Positions 11,444 through 25,449 are shown, counted from the first letter of the whole stretch. The stretch is 62,785 nucleotides of DNA, filler included, from Chiloscyllium plagiosum (GCF_004010195.1; 5 parts of one record of this genome joined end to end with filler, not necessarily neighbours in it), one strand, 5' to 3'. Made by a program: numbers and translations. The notes: a model not told the origin generated them from the sequence alone.

Positions 11444-12386
11444 TTTATTAATACATATTACTGTAAAGCCATGTTATGTCTGAATATATTTTATATTTTA
11501 ATATTGCTTATAATGTACTGTTCTTTAAGTATCTATTCTTGAATCCAGTAATGCTGTTTTTGAATTCAGTTACTGTGGAGCTTGCTTGACTCTTTAAAAT
11601 ATTTTCTTTATTTGCCATTCTTTTTAAACTTCCTAATATAGTATTATATTCTTCACTGAAGCTTTAAATTCTATTAACTAGCTACTCTGTAATGATTTAT
11701 GGATATCAAGCTTTCATAATTCCCCCATCTTTGAAACACTCTTTCTGTAATATTTACTGGGGTTTTCCTCCTTTTTTCAGAGATTTCCCCACCATTTGTC
11801 TTCATTAAAATAGCTGCTTCCCACCTTTTCCAGTGTTTCACTCCTTCCACAACCAAGATGGAGCTTCCCTCCTTCCTCCTTGGCAAAATTAACATTTCCC
11901 CTTCTCTCATGGGTCAAAACAGCTTCTTAGCACATTTCATGTAAAATTTCTGGCTGTGACATTTTTAGAAAATTATCTAGCTGGAATTCGGTTTTATTAT
12001 AGAGTCCTTGTCCTTTTAAATCTTTAATTTCTCTAGATGTTCGTTTTATCCACTTCTGCTAAATTCTTTCTTGAGATTTCTTTATATTTACTCTTTTCCA
12101 GTTTGAAATTATTCTGATGACATCTTCACTCCTAAGCCTCGGTACGAACTAATTCTCGGGCTATTTCACTGTCCTTTGTAGTTGGTGGTGGTGTTCTTTG
12201 TGAGAGGTGCGAACTTTCTTTTACAGTCCTTTGTCTTCCCATTCTGATCCTTACACTACTTTCATCCTCTTTTCCCCTACGATATCACACTTCAGCACCA
12301 AAATGTTCTCTTGCTCCTTACAGAGTCTCCTTTACAGAGATCTCAGTATTTTTCTATTTGTGGCTTGACTTTTCTCTTTCCTTGTA

Positions 12387-13590
12387 CATAGAACATAGAA
12401 TAATGCAGCACAATACAGGCCCTTCGGCCCTTGATGTTGTGCCGACCTTATTTCCAATTCGAAGATCAGATTAACCTACATAGCCTTCATTTTACTATCA
12501 TCCATATGCTTATCCAAGAGTTGCTTAAATGTCCCTAATGTACCTGACTCTACTACCACTGCTGGCAGTGCATTCCACGCATTCACCACGCTCTGTGTAA
12601 AGAACCTACCTCTGACATCTCCCCTAAACCTTCCTCCAGTCACCTTAGCCATTTCCACCCTGGGAAACAGTCTCTGGCTATCCACTCTATATATGCCTTT
12701 TATCATCTTGAACACCTCTATCAAGTCTCATCCTTCTTCGCTCCAATGAGAAGAGCCCTAGCTCCCTCAACCTTTCTTCATAAGACATGCGCTCCAGTCC
12801 AGATCCTAGCAAATCTCTTCTGCACCCTCCCTAAAGCCTCCACATCTTTCCTGAGGTGACCAGAACTGAACACAACATTTTTCACTGGGGCTTTATAGAG
12901 CTGCAGCATAACCTTGCGACTCTTAAACTCAATCCCCCGCTAACGAAAGCCAACACTCCATACCCCTTCTTAACAACCCTATCAATTTGTGTGGCAACTT
13001 TGAGGGATCTATGGATGTGGACCCCAAGATCTCTCTGTTCCTCCACACTGCCAAGAATCCTGCCTTTAACCCTGTATTCTGTATTCAAATTCGACGGACC
13101 AAAATGAATCACCACTTTACATTTTTCCAGGTTGAGCACCGTCTGCCACTTGTCAGCCCAGTTGTGCGTCTTGTTGCAATCTACAACAGCCCTCCACACT
13201 ATCCACCACTCCACCAACCTTTGTATCATCTGAAAACTTACTAAGGAGGTAAAAATAATGACTGCAGATGCTGGAAACCAGATTCTGGATTAGTGGTGCT
13301 GGAAGAGCACAGCAGTTCAGGCAGCATCCAAGGAACCCATCCTTCCAGTTCCTCATTCAAACCATGCGTAAAACTCACAAAGAGCAGAGGTCCCTGTGGA
13401 GCACCATGGGTCACCGAGCTCCAGGCTGAATACTTTCCATCTACTACTGCTCTCTGTATTCTATGGGCCAGCCAATTCTGTATCCAGACAGCCAAATTTC
13501 CCCGTATCCCATGCCTCCTTACTTTCTGAATGGCCTACCTTGGAGAACCTTATCAAATGCCTTGCTAAAATCCATACACACCATATCCAC
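12387..13590 (-). mobile_element. CR1 LINE 3' half (RT), with a Penelope fragment at 13244-13335
   Basis: ORFs 12476, 12882 and 13241 are RT C-terminal fragments; ACATAGAACATAGAA tail. Confidence 0.85.
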
Positions 13591-16284
13591 TGTGGATAGA
13601 GCAGGGTGAGGAATGGATGTTGCAGGCCTTTCATTAAGAACAGCCAAGGAACTAAAAGAGGGGGAGGTGTGGCCTTGTTAGTCAAGGATTGTATAACGGT
13701 GGCTGAAAGAACTTTTGATGAGGACCCGTCTACTGAGGTTGTGTACGCTGAGGTTAGAAACAGGAAAGGAGAGCTTTTGCTGGGAGTTTTTTTTATAGGC
13801 CTCCTCAGAGTTCCAGGGAGGTGGAAGAGAGGATTGGCAAAATTATCGTGGGTAGGAGGTGGTCATTATGGAGCACTTTTACTTCCCCAACATTGACTGG
13901 AAATTCTATAACTCTAGTATGTCAGATGGATCAGTTTTTGTCCAATGTGTACAGGAGGGCTTCCTGACACAGTACGTCTTAAAGGGCCGACAAGGGGGCA
14001 TTACCACACTGGGTCTGATACTTGGTAATGAACCAAGCCAGGTGTTTGATTTAATTGCAGGTGAGCACTTTGGAGAGAGTGACCATAATTCAGTTACGTT
14101 TAGTTTAGCGATGGAAAGGGATAGGTACATGCCACAGAGATAGGTACATGCCATAGAGTTATCTATGGGGCAAGGGCAATTATAATGCGATTAGGCAAGA
14201 ATTAGGATGCATAGAATGGGGTAGCAAAATGCTGGGGATGCAGACAATGGAAATGTGGAGCTGGTTTAAGGAATAGTTATTGCGTGTCCTTGATAGGTAT
14301 GTCGCTGTCAGGCAGGGAGAAAGTGATAAGGTAAGGGAACCGCGGTTTACTACAGAAATTGCATCTCTTGTTAAGCAGAAGAAAGAGGCTTATGTGTTTG
14401 ATGAGGCAAGATGGTACAGATGAGGCGATGGAGAGTTACAGATCAGCTAGGAAGGATTTAAAGAGAGAGTTAAGAAGAGCAAAGAGAGGACACGAGCAGT
14501 CTTTAGTAAATAGAATAAAGGAGAACCCTAAAGCTTTCTATAGGTATGTGAGGAATAAAAGGATGACTAAGGTAGGAATAGGGTCAGTCAAAGACATAAG
14601 TGGAAAGTTGAGTGTGGACCCTGTGGAAATCAGAGAGGTGCTAAACGAACATTTCTCATCTGTTTTTACTCAGGAAAAGGAGAATATTATAGAGGAGAAG
14701 AATGAGATATGAGATATGAGATATTAGACTAGAAAGGATCGAGGTTAGTTATGAAGAGGTGTTATCAATTCTAGAAGGAGTGAAAGTTGACAAGTCCCCT
14801 GGGCTGGATGGGATTTATCCAAAGATTCTCTGGGAAACTAGGGAGGAGATAGCAGAGCTTTGATATTTGAGTTGTCATTGTCAACAGGTTTAGTACCAGA
14901 GGACTGGAGGATTGCAAATGTTGTGCCCTTGTTCAAGAAGGGCAGTAGACATGACCTAGGTAATTATAGACCAGTGAGTCTACTTCTGTTGTAGGAAAGG
15001 TTTTGGAAAGAATTATAAGATATAAGATTTATAATCATCTAACAAGCAACAATTTGATTTCAGATAGTCAACATGGTTTCGTCAAGGGCAGGTTGTGTCT
15101 CACAAACCTCATTGAGGTTTTTGGGAAGGTGACCAAGCATGTAGTGAGGGTAGGGCAGTTGCTGTTGGAGAAAATGCAGATGCATGGGATTGAGGGTGAT
15201 TTAGTAGTTTGGATTAGAAACTGGCTTTCTGAAAGAAGGCAGTGAGTGGTGGTTGATGGAAAATATTCTGCCTGGAGTCCGGTTACTAGTGGTGTGCTAC
15301 AAGGATCTGTTTTGGGACCAATGCTTTTGTCATTTTTATAAATGACTTAGATGCAGGCATAGGTAGATGGATTCGTAAATTTGCAGGTGACACTAAAGTT
15401 GGTGGAGTAGTGAACAGTTTGGAAGAATGTTACAGGTTGCAGGGGGACTTGGGTAAACAGCAGAATTGGGCTGAGAGGTGGCAAATGGAGTTCAATGCAG
15501 CTAAATGTGAGGTGATGCACTTTGGGAATAATAACAGGAAGGCAGAGTACTGGGTCAATGGAAAGATTCTTGAAAGTGTGGATGTGCAGAGGGATCTTGG
15601 AGTCCATGTACATAGATCCCTGATTTTTGTCACCCAGGTTTATAGTGCTGTTAAGAAGGCATACAGTGTGTTAGGTTTCATTGGTAGAGGGATTGAGTTC
15701 CAGAGCTGCAACATCATGCTGCAACTATACAAAACACTAGTGCGGCCGCACTTGGAATATTGTGTACAGTTCTGGTCGCCATATTTCGGGAAGGATGTGG
15801 AAGCATTGGAAAAGGTGCAGAGGAGATTTACCAGGATGTTGCCTGGTCTGGAGGGAAAGTCTTCTGAGGAAAGGCTGAGAGGCTTGGGTCTGTTCTCATT
15901 GGAAAGAAGAAGGCTAAGAGGGGATTTGTTAGAGATATATAAGATGATCAGAAGGTTAGATATGGTAAGACAGTGAAAATATTTTTCCTAGGATGATGAT
16001 GTTAGCTTGTACGAGAGGGCATAACTACAAATTGAGGGGTGATAGATTTAAGACAGATGCCAGAGCCAGGTTCTTTACGCAGAGAGTGGTATGGGCGTGG
16101 AATGCCCTACCTGCCAATGTAGTTAACTCAGCCACATTAGGGAGATTTAAACAATCCTTAGATAAGCACATGGATGATGATGGGATAGTGTAGGAGGACA
16201 AGCTGAGAATAGTTCACAGGTCGGCGCAACATCGAGGGCCGAAGGGCCTGTTCTGCGCTGTATTGTTCTATGTTCTATGTTCTA
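13590..16284 (+). mobile_element. 5'-truncated CR1 LINE (APE endonuclease + RT)
   Basis: RGGGVALLVK, FPNIDW, GESDHNSV and RT ORFs 15003/15410; (TTCTATG)n tail at ~16265-16284. Confidence 0.9.
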
Positions 16285-16711
16285 AATCTGCAGATTGAAA
16301 ATTTTTGGGCAGTTCGGAGGAGACCTGACTGGAATTAAAGGCAAATCTAGTTTGAGTCCTAAAAAAATGATAAGTAGAACAGTTCAGGGAAAGTACAATT
16401 ACTTCAACAGGAAACAACGAACGTTTGTGCAATTTCTAGAACAGTAGTGTTTGGTTAGGAATTTGCAGGTTATACAAAGTTGAGAAAGTCCGAGTTCTTA
16501 ATTCTGAGTATTAATGTAAGAAGATGTTACAGTTCACAGGAACGAACTGGGAAAATCAACAATTCAAGCTTACACATTTGTTGTATAGGGGTAACTTAAT
16601 TGGAATTGAATCATTGGAAAATAGTAATGTTGGAGAATAGATTGAAACTTTGTCTTGCTGGGTGTTGTATTGTTTTTTCTAATTGTGTTCTATATAAATT
16701 TATTGAATGAT

Positions 16712-17065
16712 CGAGTCATACTTCACAGAAACGGACCCTTCAGTCCAACCAGTCCATGACAACCATAATCCCAAACTGCACTCGTCCCAGCTGCCTGCGT
16801 TTGGCCTGCATCTTTTTAAAGATTGTTTTATTCATGTACATATCCAAATGTTGTAACTGAACCCGTATCCAACACTTCCTCTGGAAGTTCATTCCACACA
16901 CGAATGTGTAAAGACATTTGCCCCACACATCTTTTTCAAATCTTTTTCTCTCACCTTAAAGATATGCCCCCTAGTTTTGAAATCCTCAACCTGAGGCCAA
17001 AGGCACTTCCCCTCACCTTATCTATACCCTGAATAATTTTATAAACCTCTATAAGGTAACCCCTC
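16712..17065 (-). mobile_element. CR1 LINE 3' fragment
   Basis: Similar to the CR1 3' ends at 18517 and 57598. Confidence 0.7.
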
Positions 17066-18009
17066 TTGTTTTATTTTTATTTTCATCTTTTGCACAATAA
17101 ACGGTTCTGTTGTTAAAGAAACTCTGCTGGCTCACGTGACTCATTGTATGGCACTAATGTATCTAATAAAAAAAAATACATGATTCCCCCGGACCAGAAT
17201 TCATTCTGATATCTAATGTGTCCTGTACTACCATCAGCTGGGAATATAACAACAGAAAAAAATCATTGGACAATGATAGACATGAAAAACTGCTCAGATG
17301 TTCAAGGCTCTCTTTGGCAATGAATACATTTTCTTAATCTTGCTTTCAAGATGCATAATCATTACTTCAAATACCAATAATCTGAAATGCATCAGTGGCT
17401 CCTTAAAGCAGATAATCCTGAATGATTAAGTATTGAATTGCTGTTATCACGTATTCAGCATTGAGTAAATTTCTCTGGGTATTTTAAAGTTTATCACAAA
17501 ATCTGTCTGATGCTTAAATAGTCCCTTGCACAATAAACTGCCAATTGCCATCTTTAATTTTCACTCAAGGTTATGATTTTTAACCCTTTGAAGGATGAAC
17601 CCTTACTGTTACTGAAAGTATATGGTACTTGGCATTTTATTTCTCCAGTGGAAGTTAAACTTTGTTTTTCTGAAATGGGCAAATATAGCTCAGGTCAATA
17701 GCAGAGGTTCTCTCTTCTTTGGTGACTATGGCACCACAAAAAAATGACACAGAAGCTGTTTTGAACCTTCAGGTCCATGAGAGGTTTTAGGGTTGGCAAA
17801 CAGCGTCATGGAAATATTTATAAGTTGCTGGAAAATTATCTCAACATACCTCATGGAAGCATAAAGAAAAAAAACAAATTGGTCTTCAACGCGTAAAGAT
17901 TGGAGGGATAGCCAGAAACTTGACCAAGGAGAGCAAGGAGGAGAGTCTTGGAATTGTGAAAGGCCCAGACAACTGTTTCAAAGGTAAACTGACTGAGGGA
18001 GGCACTAGA

Positions 18010-18245
18010 TGGCATTGTAACGTGGATGGAGAGGACAAAGTTAAAAATCACACAATACCCGGTTATAGTCCAACAGGTTTATTTGCTATAAATTCTGTAT
18101 CTTATGGTCCTGCTCCACAACCACCTGATGAAGGACCAGTGCTCCAATAGCTAGTGCTTCCAAATAAACCTGTTGGATTATAACCTGGTGTGGTGTGATT
18201 TTTAACCTTGTCCACTCTAGTCCAACGCTGGCTCCTCCAAATCGT
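18010..18245. mobile_element. Penelope-like fold-back element (family B) with degenerate hammerhead
   Basis: GGTTATAGTCCAACAGGTTTATTT...AAATAAACCTGTTGGATTATAACC inverted arms; CAC-CTGATGA-AGG...CTA-GTG at ~18122-18157. Confidence 0.7.
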
Positions 18246-18319
18246 AGATGGGGAGGTTATAGGGTCCAAGAATGCTAGTCAGAGTCAGCAGGATGTCAAA
18301 GTTGTCAATGTGGTCATTC

Positions 18320-20530
18320 CTCAGAACTTTGAGTATAGGAGTTGGGATATTATAATGAGGTTGGAGAGGATGTTGGTGAGGCCTCTTCTGGAGTATTGTG
18401 TCTAGTTATGTTCTCCCTATTAGAGGAAAGTTATTGTTAAGCAGGAGGAGATTCAGAAAATATTTACCAGGCCATTTCCAGGAATGGAGGGTTTGAGTTA
18501 TAAGGAGAGGCTAGATAGAGTCTTAGAGATGTATATCATGGAAACAGACCCTTCGGTCCAACCCGTCCATGTCAACCAGATATCCCAACCTAATGTAGTC
18601 CTACCTGCCAGCACCCGGCCCATATCCCTCCAAACCCTTCCTATTCATATGCACATCCAGATATCTTTTAAATGTTGTAATTGTACCAGCCTCCACCACT
18701 TCCTCTGGCAGCTCATTCCATACACATACCACCCTCTGCATGAAAAGTTTGCCCCCTTAGGTCTCTTTTATAGTTTTACCCTCTCACCCTAAACCTTATA
18801 CCCTCTAGTTCTGGACTCCCCCACTCCAGGGAAGAAACTTTGTCTATTTACCCTATCCATGCCCCTCACGATTTTATAAACCTCTCTAAGGTCACTCCTC
18901 AGCCTTCGACACTCCAAAGAAAACAGCCCCAGCCTGTTCAGTCTCTCCCTGTAGCTCAGATCGTCCAATCCTGGCAACATCCTTGTAAATCTTTTCTGAA
19001 CCCTTTCAAGTTTCACAACATCTTTCCAATAGGAAGGAGACCAGAATTGCACACAACATTCCAACAGTGGCCTAACCAATATCCTGTACAGTCGCAACAT
19101 GACCTTCCAACTCCTATATTCAATATTCTGACCAATAAAGGAAAGCATACCAAACGCCTTCTTCACTATCCTCTCAAGCTTCACTATCTTATCTGCCTAC
19201 GACTCTACTTTCAAGGAGCTTTGAACCCGCACTCCAAGGTCTCTTTGTTCAGCCACACTCCCTAGGACCTTACCATTAAATATATAAGTCCCGCTAAGAT
19301 TTGCTTTCCCAAAATGCAACACCTCAAATTTATCAAAATTAAACTCCATCTGCCATTTCTCAGCCCATTGGCCCATCTGGTCAAGATCCTGTTGTAATCT
19401 GAGGTAAGTGGGGAAATCTCAAGCCTGGGGACTATACTTTTAAAGTGAGCGGAAAAAGATTTCAGAATGACACATGAGGCAATTTGTTTGCACAGAGAGT
19501 GGTTTGTGTATGGAATGAGCTTCCAGAGGAAATGGTGGATGCTGGTACAGTTACAACATTTAAAAAACATTTCGACAAGTACATGCATAAGAAATGTTTG
19601 GAGGGATATGGACCAAGCACAGGCAGGTGGCACTACTTTAGTTTGGGGTCATAGTTGGCATGCACCGAAAAGTCTGTGTCCTTGCTGTATGGTTCTAGAC
19701 TGTAATCTGGGCAAAGCCTGTGCCAATGGCAAGGGAGGGAAAAGGAGAAGGTGTTGCATTGTCCCTAATATTAGGTAGTGAAGCCAGACAAGTGGTAAAT
19801 GCATCATTGGGGGTGCATTTCAATGGTGGTGACCATAATTCAGTAAGATTTAAAGTTATTATGTATAAGGACAAATTTGGAATAGAAATAAAAGCTCTGA
19901 ATTGGAGGAAGGTGGATTTTAATTAGATAAGGCATGGTCGAGCCAAAATGGACTGGCAGCAGCTCCTTGCAGGAGAATCCACATCAGACCAGTTGGGGAC
20001 ATTCCAAAGGGTCAGAGTGAAAGTACAAGGCCAACATATCCCCATGATTAACAAGTCCAGAGACCTCTGGCTGGTGGGGGCCATCAGAACCGGATAGGAA
20101 GAACAAAGGAAGTTTATTATGGCAGATACCACAGTTCCCAAAACAGCAGATGCCCGAGAGGAGTACAGAAAGTGCAGATAGTTTCTAAAGAAAGAAATTA
20201 GGAGAGCAAAGAGAGGGCATGAAAAACATTGGTGGATACATCAAGGAAAATCCAAAAGTGTTTTGTAAGTATCTGAGGGGTAAGAGAATAACCAGGGGAA
20301 GGGCATGGCTCAGTAAGGACCAAAGTGTCAATCTGTGCGTGGAACCAGAAGTCATAGCTGAGCTATTAAACAAATGCTTTGCATCTGTATTCACTGCAGA
20401 GAAGGATTATGTAAGTATAGAAATCAGCAAGGGGGACTGTGAGAGAGTTGAACAAATGAAAAAATGTGGGCAGAGTGGATCAGTGTGCATGTTCATAGAT
20501 CCTTAAAGGCAGCAAGATAGGTAGATAAAG
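18320..20530. mobile_element. Nested CR1 fragments (minus-strand copy 18517-19405 inside an older plus-strand copy; further ORF2 pieces to 20530)
   Basis: ORFs 18789(-), 18208, 19720 and 20219 are CR1 ORF2 pieces. Confidence 0.8.
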
Positions 20531-21017
20531 GTGGTAAAAATAATGACTGCAGATGCTGGAAACCAGATTCTGGATTAGTGGTGCTGGAAGAGCACAGCAG
20601 TTCAGGCAGCATCCGAGGAGCAGTAAAATCGTCGTTTCGGGCAAAAGCCTTTCATCAGGAATACAGGCAGAGAGCCTGAAGGGTGGAGAGATAAGTGAGA
20701 GNNNNNNNNNNNNNNNNNNNNNNNNNNNNNNNNNNNNNNNNNNNNTTAATTAATTAANNNNNNNNNNNNNNNNNNNNNNNNNNNNNNNNNNNNNNNNNNN
20801 NCCCTCCACCTATCGCATTTCCAACGCCTCCTCCCCCAAATCCCTCCTCCTTACCTTTTATCTTAGCCTGCTGGACACACTTTCCTCATTCCTGAAGAAG
20901 GGCTTATGCCCGAAACGTCGATTCTCCTGTTCCTTGGATGCTGCCTGACCTGCTGCGCTTTTCCAGCAACACATTTTCAGCTCTGATCTCCAGCATCTGC
21001 AATCCTCACTTTCTCCT
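20530..21017. mobile_element. Penelope family A termini on both sides of an assembly linker
   Basis: Intact hammerhead core CTGAAGA-A-GGGC-TTAT-GCCC-GAAAC-GTC at 20892-20919. Confidence 0.8.
20702..20801. other. Artificial scaffold linker N-TTAATTAATTAA-N
   Basis: The same linker occurs at ~37402-37502, 51423-51522 and 58375-58474; TTAATTAATTAA is a six-frame-stop spacer. Confidence 0.9.
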
Positions 21018-21199
21018 GTATAATTCATTACATGTTTTGTGTGCTGGAAAAATGGCGATAAAATATCTGACATATTGCTGTTAACTTTCAACTGTTTCAG
21101 GTCAGTTATCCCTATGCAGCCAAGTTCATATGTGGCTTCACTGTCACTCACATGGTTAACTCATAATGTACTCAGGGCAACAACGGTTGGACAAAGAAA

Positions 21200-22400
21200 A
21201 TGCAACATTGCTAGTGTCACCAAATCACAGGGAACTGGTAACCATAGTGATGGATTTCCAGAAGGCATTCATAAAGGTGGTATATCAAAAGTTACAGTAC
21301 AATATGGGCGATCCTGTTGTTGAGGTTGCAATGTTAACATGGATAGAAGATTTGGTAGCTAGCAGGAAGTAGAGAGTAAGCATAAATGGATCATTTTCAG
21401 ACTGGCAAAATGCAGTAATGGCGTATCAAAGAAATAAGAATTGGGGTTCTCATCTGTTGCCAATCTATAGCAATGACTTGACAATGAATGAAGGGGATGA
21501 AAGAATGGCTACTAGATTTTCTGATGACACAAAAATAGTTGGAAAGTCAGTGTGAGGAAGACATAAGTTGCATGCAAGTGTGCAGAGGTAGATTAAATCA
21601 ATGGGAAAAACGTGGCAAACGGTCTATGAAGTGGGAAAATGTGAACTTATCCAATTTTGTAGGAGAAATAAAGAAAGCAGCATATTATTAATATGAAGTG
21701 CAAAACTTTTTGGTACAAAAGGATTTAGGTGTCCTGGTATAAATCACAAAACATTAAATTGCAGGTACAACAAGTGATAAAGAAGGGAAGTAGAATGTTG
21801 TCATTTCTTGCAAGAGGAATAAAATATTAAAATGGGAACATTTTGCTGTACTGTACACAACATTAATGATACCAGAACCAAAGTACAATGCATAATTCTA
21901 GTCTCCTTATTTAATAAAGGATATAATTGCTTTTGTGTCAGTTTGACTGCTTGAACTGATTGTTTGTTCCATGCCTGAAATGAAGAAGTTATCTGATGAA
22001 GCGAGGTTGGGTAGCTTTGGCCTGTATCCATTGGGGTTTTGAAGAATGAGAGGTGGCACCTTATTGAAATATATAAAATGCTGAAAGGACACTTCCTCTA
22101 GTTCTGGTAGAGACTACAGCTAGGGCACACAGTTTAAAAATAAGAGGGCCTCTTGATTAAGACAGACAGTTGGACTTCTTTTTATTTTCAGAGGGTTGTG
22201 AGTCTGTGGAATTCTTGTCCTCAGGCATTGATGGAGACAGGGCCATCAAATATTTTTATGGCAATGCTTAACCAACAAGGATATGGGGAATTGGCAGCAA
22301 AGTGGAGTTGAGCCCACAGTTAGACCTTGTCAAGTGGCAGGGTAGGCTTGAGGGGCCAAATGGTCTTTTTCAGTGCCTGGTTTGTACATTTGTATGGACC
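21200..22400 (+). mobile_element. Old CR1 LINE RT/3' region
   Basis: MDFQKAF, FSDDTK and a decayed 3' UTR. Confidence 0.75.
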
Positions 22401-22889
22401 GCTTTCCATGAAAAGAAATCTTAAAATCTCAACAGCTGCCTCAAGCATATTAAAGAGCATCATGAAAAGGTTTGAAGAATATGGTTACATTTACTAAATG
22501 GTCCCCCGGGAGCTCGCCAATGACGAGCTCCATCCATATATTGTGTCTGTTCCATTGTCTATTTATTTGGCTGCCCAGAGCTTTATTTATTCGTTTTGGG
22601 GAAATGAATAAGTAAATTACTGCCTGTGATAGCTAATTAACGATGATTAATGCATGTTCCCACTCATTAGGACACTGAATTTGTTTGTTGCTGGACTTTT
22701 ATTCTGCGGGTTTTCATGGTGTGCTCGTTTCCTTGACAACACCGAAGCGATTTTGCTAGTCATCTCCATATGACCCTGGTGTTGTGTGGCACTGTCACCA
22801 TGCTAAATAAGATACATTCAAATAAACCTAGCAGCTCAAACCTGAGAATCTATGAGGCAGTGTGAGACACCAGCAGCTGAATTATACTT

Positions 22890-24790
22890 GACCACAATGT
22901 ATAACCTCTTTACCATCACCAACAAGTCAGAGAATAAACCAGTTCAATGGATAGTGCAAAAGACATGGCAGAAGCTAAAAATGGGATGCCAACTTGGTGA
23001 AGCTACCAAACGGGACTAGTTATGTGCCAAGCAGCATAACTGCAAGTGATAGATAAAGCCAAATGATCCTGCAGCCAACATTTGAGATCTAACTCTGCCA
23101 TCCTGTCATATCCAGCCATGGATGGTATTGCATAGTCAAACACCTCACTGGAGGAAGAGGCTCCACAAACATCCCCATCCTCAATGATGGTAAAGCCCAA
23201 CACCTCTGTGTGAAAAAAAAAGGCCAATGCAGTTGCATTCAAATTCAGCCAGAAGTGATGAGTGGATGATCCAACTGGACCTCCTACTGAGATCCCCAGT
23301 GTCATAGATGTCAATCTTCAACCAATTTGATTCACTGCATGTGATATCAATGGCTCAAGACACCGGTGTTAGAAACCTTGTTGATTTTTCATTATTTTGA
23401 TCTTATTCTTCTGTCAATGTTGGTTTGGAGCTGTGAACTAAGAGTTGTGAGCTGAAAATGACCTTTTGACTATGGGCACAGCTTGTGTTAAAAATAAACA
23501 CAGAACAAGCAAGCTGTTGCTTGTTTGTGAGGCCGAGCCTGGAAGTTAATTGAATATTGGTTCTTGATGAAGAGGTTAACCAGATACTTTATCACGGAGA
23601 CTGAGCTGTATGTTTAAACTGATAGTAGAAGTTGATTACTAATTAGGTCACTACCTGGGAATTGTTTCCAGCAAGTCTGGGAGAATTCTTGTGATCCAGC
23701 GGATAGCAGATGTTGAATGGTGCCTGGGACCCTGACCTCTGACTTGAAATGGGTTTTGGACTGTGGTTTTGGGAGGAGGAGTTTGGCTGTTGATGGTACA
23801 GCATAAAGATTTGAAAGCAGTCTACCTAACCTCCATTTGTCAGAGCTTAGATATTCAGAGAATAGAAAACAAAATTAAAAGTAGCACGAACATGCTCTGA
23901 GGGAGCTGAAAAAGTGGCTCTGATTGTCTGTTAATCCACCAAGAAACAACAATCTATGCTTGTAGAACAATGCATTGTGAAAATCACTTAAATAGTCAAT
24001 TTTATTTTGTTTTGTTATTCCTTAACTGTGTCTGTTTGACTTTTACATAAATGGGGTTGAAAACAAATGCTGTTGAGTTTAAATGTCGATATAATTAGAT
24101 TTCTTTGTTTAATATTTTTCTGATGGAGTTAATGTATCATTTAAAAATTACTTAGAATTTTGTTTAAGCTACAAACTAGTATATTGAATTGATTATTTGC
24201 AGAGTCTAGGACTGGTTATTCAAAAACTCTAGTTAGGAACCATTGGGGTCAACTTTGAGGATCTTCAAAGGTTTTTATTTTACTGTGTTGTGAATATAGA
24301 GTTAGAAAGGCTAATTCGATTCAGCACACTGTCTCTGTATTGCAACACTGGATACTGCGAAGGCTATCTTGGTCAATAGTGCTCCCTGATAATAGTACCG
24401 CAAAACTGTTCCCCAAAACTAGTCATGTGACCATTCAAATCCAGCATCGATCCCGCATTGTGGAAAACTGTCCAGGTATATTCTGCCCATAAAAAAAACA
24501 AGAGAAATCCAACCCAGCCAATTACCACCTGATCAGCATGCTTTCAATCATCAGTAAAGTGATGGAAAGTGGCACCAACAGTGCTATCAAGCAGCACATG
24601 CTCAGTGACACCCAGTTTGGGTTCTGCCAGGGCCACTCAGCTCCTGACTTCATTACAGCCACGGTTCAAACATGGATCAAAAAGCTGGATTCCAGAGGGG
24701 AGGTGAGAGTGACCGCCCTTGACATCAAGGCCGCATTTGACTGAGCGTCAAGGTGCTGAGTAAAACCGAAATTAACTGGAATCACTCCAT
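22890..24790 (+). mobile_element. Fragment of a second LINE family (RT region), split by a solo LTR
   Basis: ORF 24538 reads LSIISKVME...QFGF...ALDIKAAFD; sequence is continuous across 23367-24347. Confidence 0.8.
23367..24347. mobile_element. Solo LTR
   Basis: TGTT...AACA termini; near-perfect 4-bp TSD CCGG (23363-23366) / CTGG (24348-24351); interrupts the LINE cleanly. Confidence 0.75.
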
Positions 24791-25449
24791 AACATCTATC
24801 CCTTTGACCAAAGTTTCTCAGTTTGATATTTTGATTTATAATTCTACTGTGAAGTATTTTGCACTGTTTTGGTACATTAACAGTTACACGTTGTTGTTGC
24901 TAATAGAGGACTGAAAGCATTGTACTCATGCATTAATCTTAAAATGGAGACTGTGTGGGGTTTTATAGGAAGTCTTCATTAGATTAAAAAATACGTGGAA
25001 GGAGATTGCCATCTATTAATCACTAAGATGGCACATAGAATTAAGGCCTTACTGACAGAGCAAGAGAGAAATCACAGAATCCCTACAGTGTGGAAGCAGG
25101 CCATTCAGCTCATCGAGTCCACCCCATATCACACCCAGACCCATCCCCCTCTCCTATATTTCCCATGGCCAGTCCACCTAGCTTTCATATCCTGGATGGG
25201 CATGTGGAGAGAAGGCTGGTGAGTTAAACTGCCTGGATTATTCTTCTAAAGAGCCAGCCCTGATTTAGTGGCCTGAGTGGTGTCCTGTTGTACTATCCTA
25301 TGCTGAGTTGATGAATGGCAAATTAGCTCCAGCCAGTGTCCAATGCCACAGAGTTGCAGGGAGTTAGAGGACCAGAGGAGATAGTTTAAGAAACTGAAAC
25401 AATGTCAAGACAGTATTTGAACACGTGTGGCAAAGCTGCAGTCAATAGA

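Noticed and set aside
12387..16284. Single twin-primed inverted CR1
   Set aside because: Both halves have their own 3' tails and overlapping, diverged RT regions, so these are two separate insertions.
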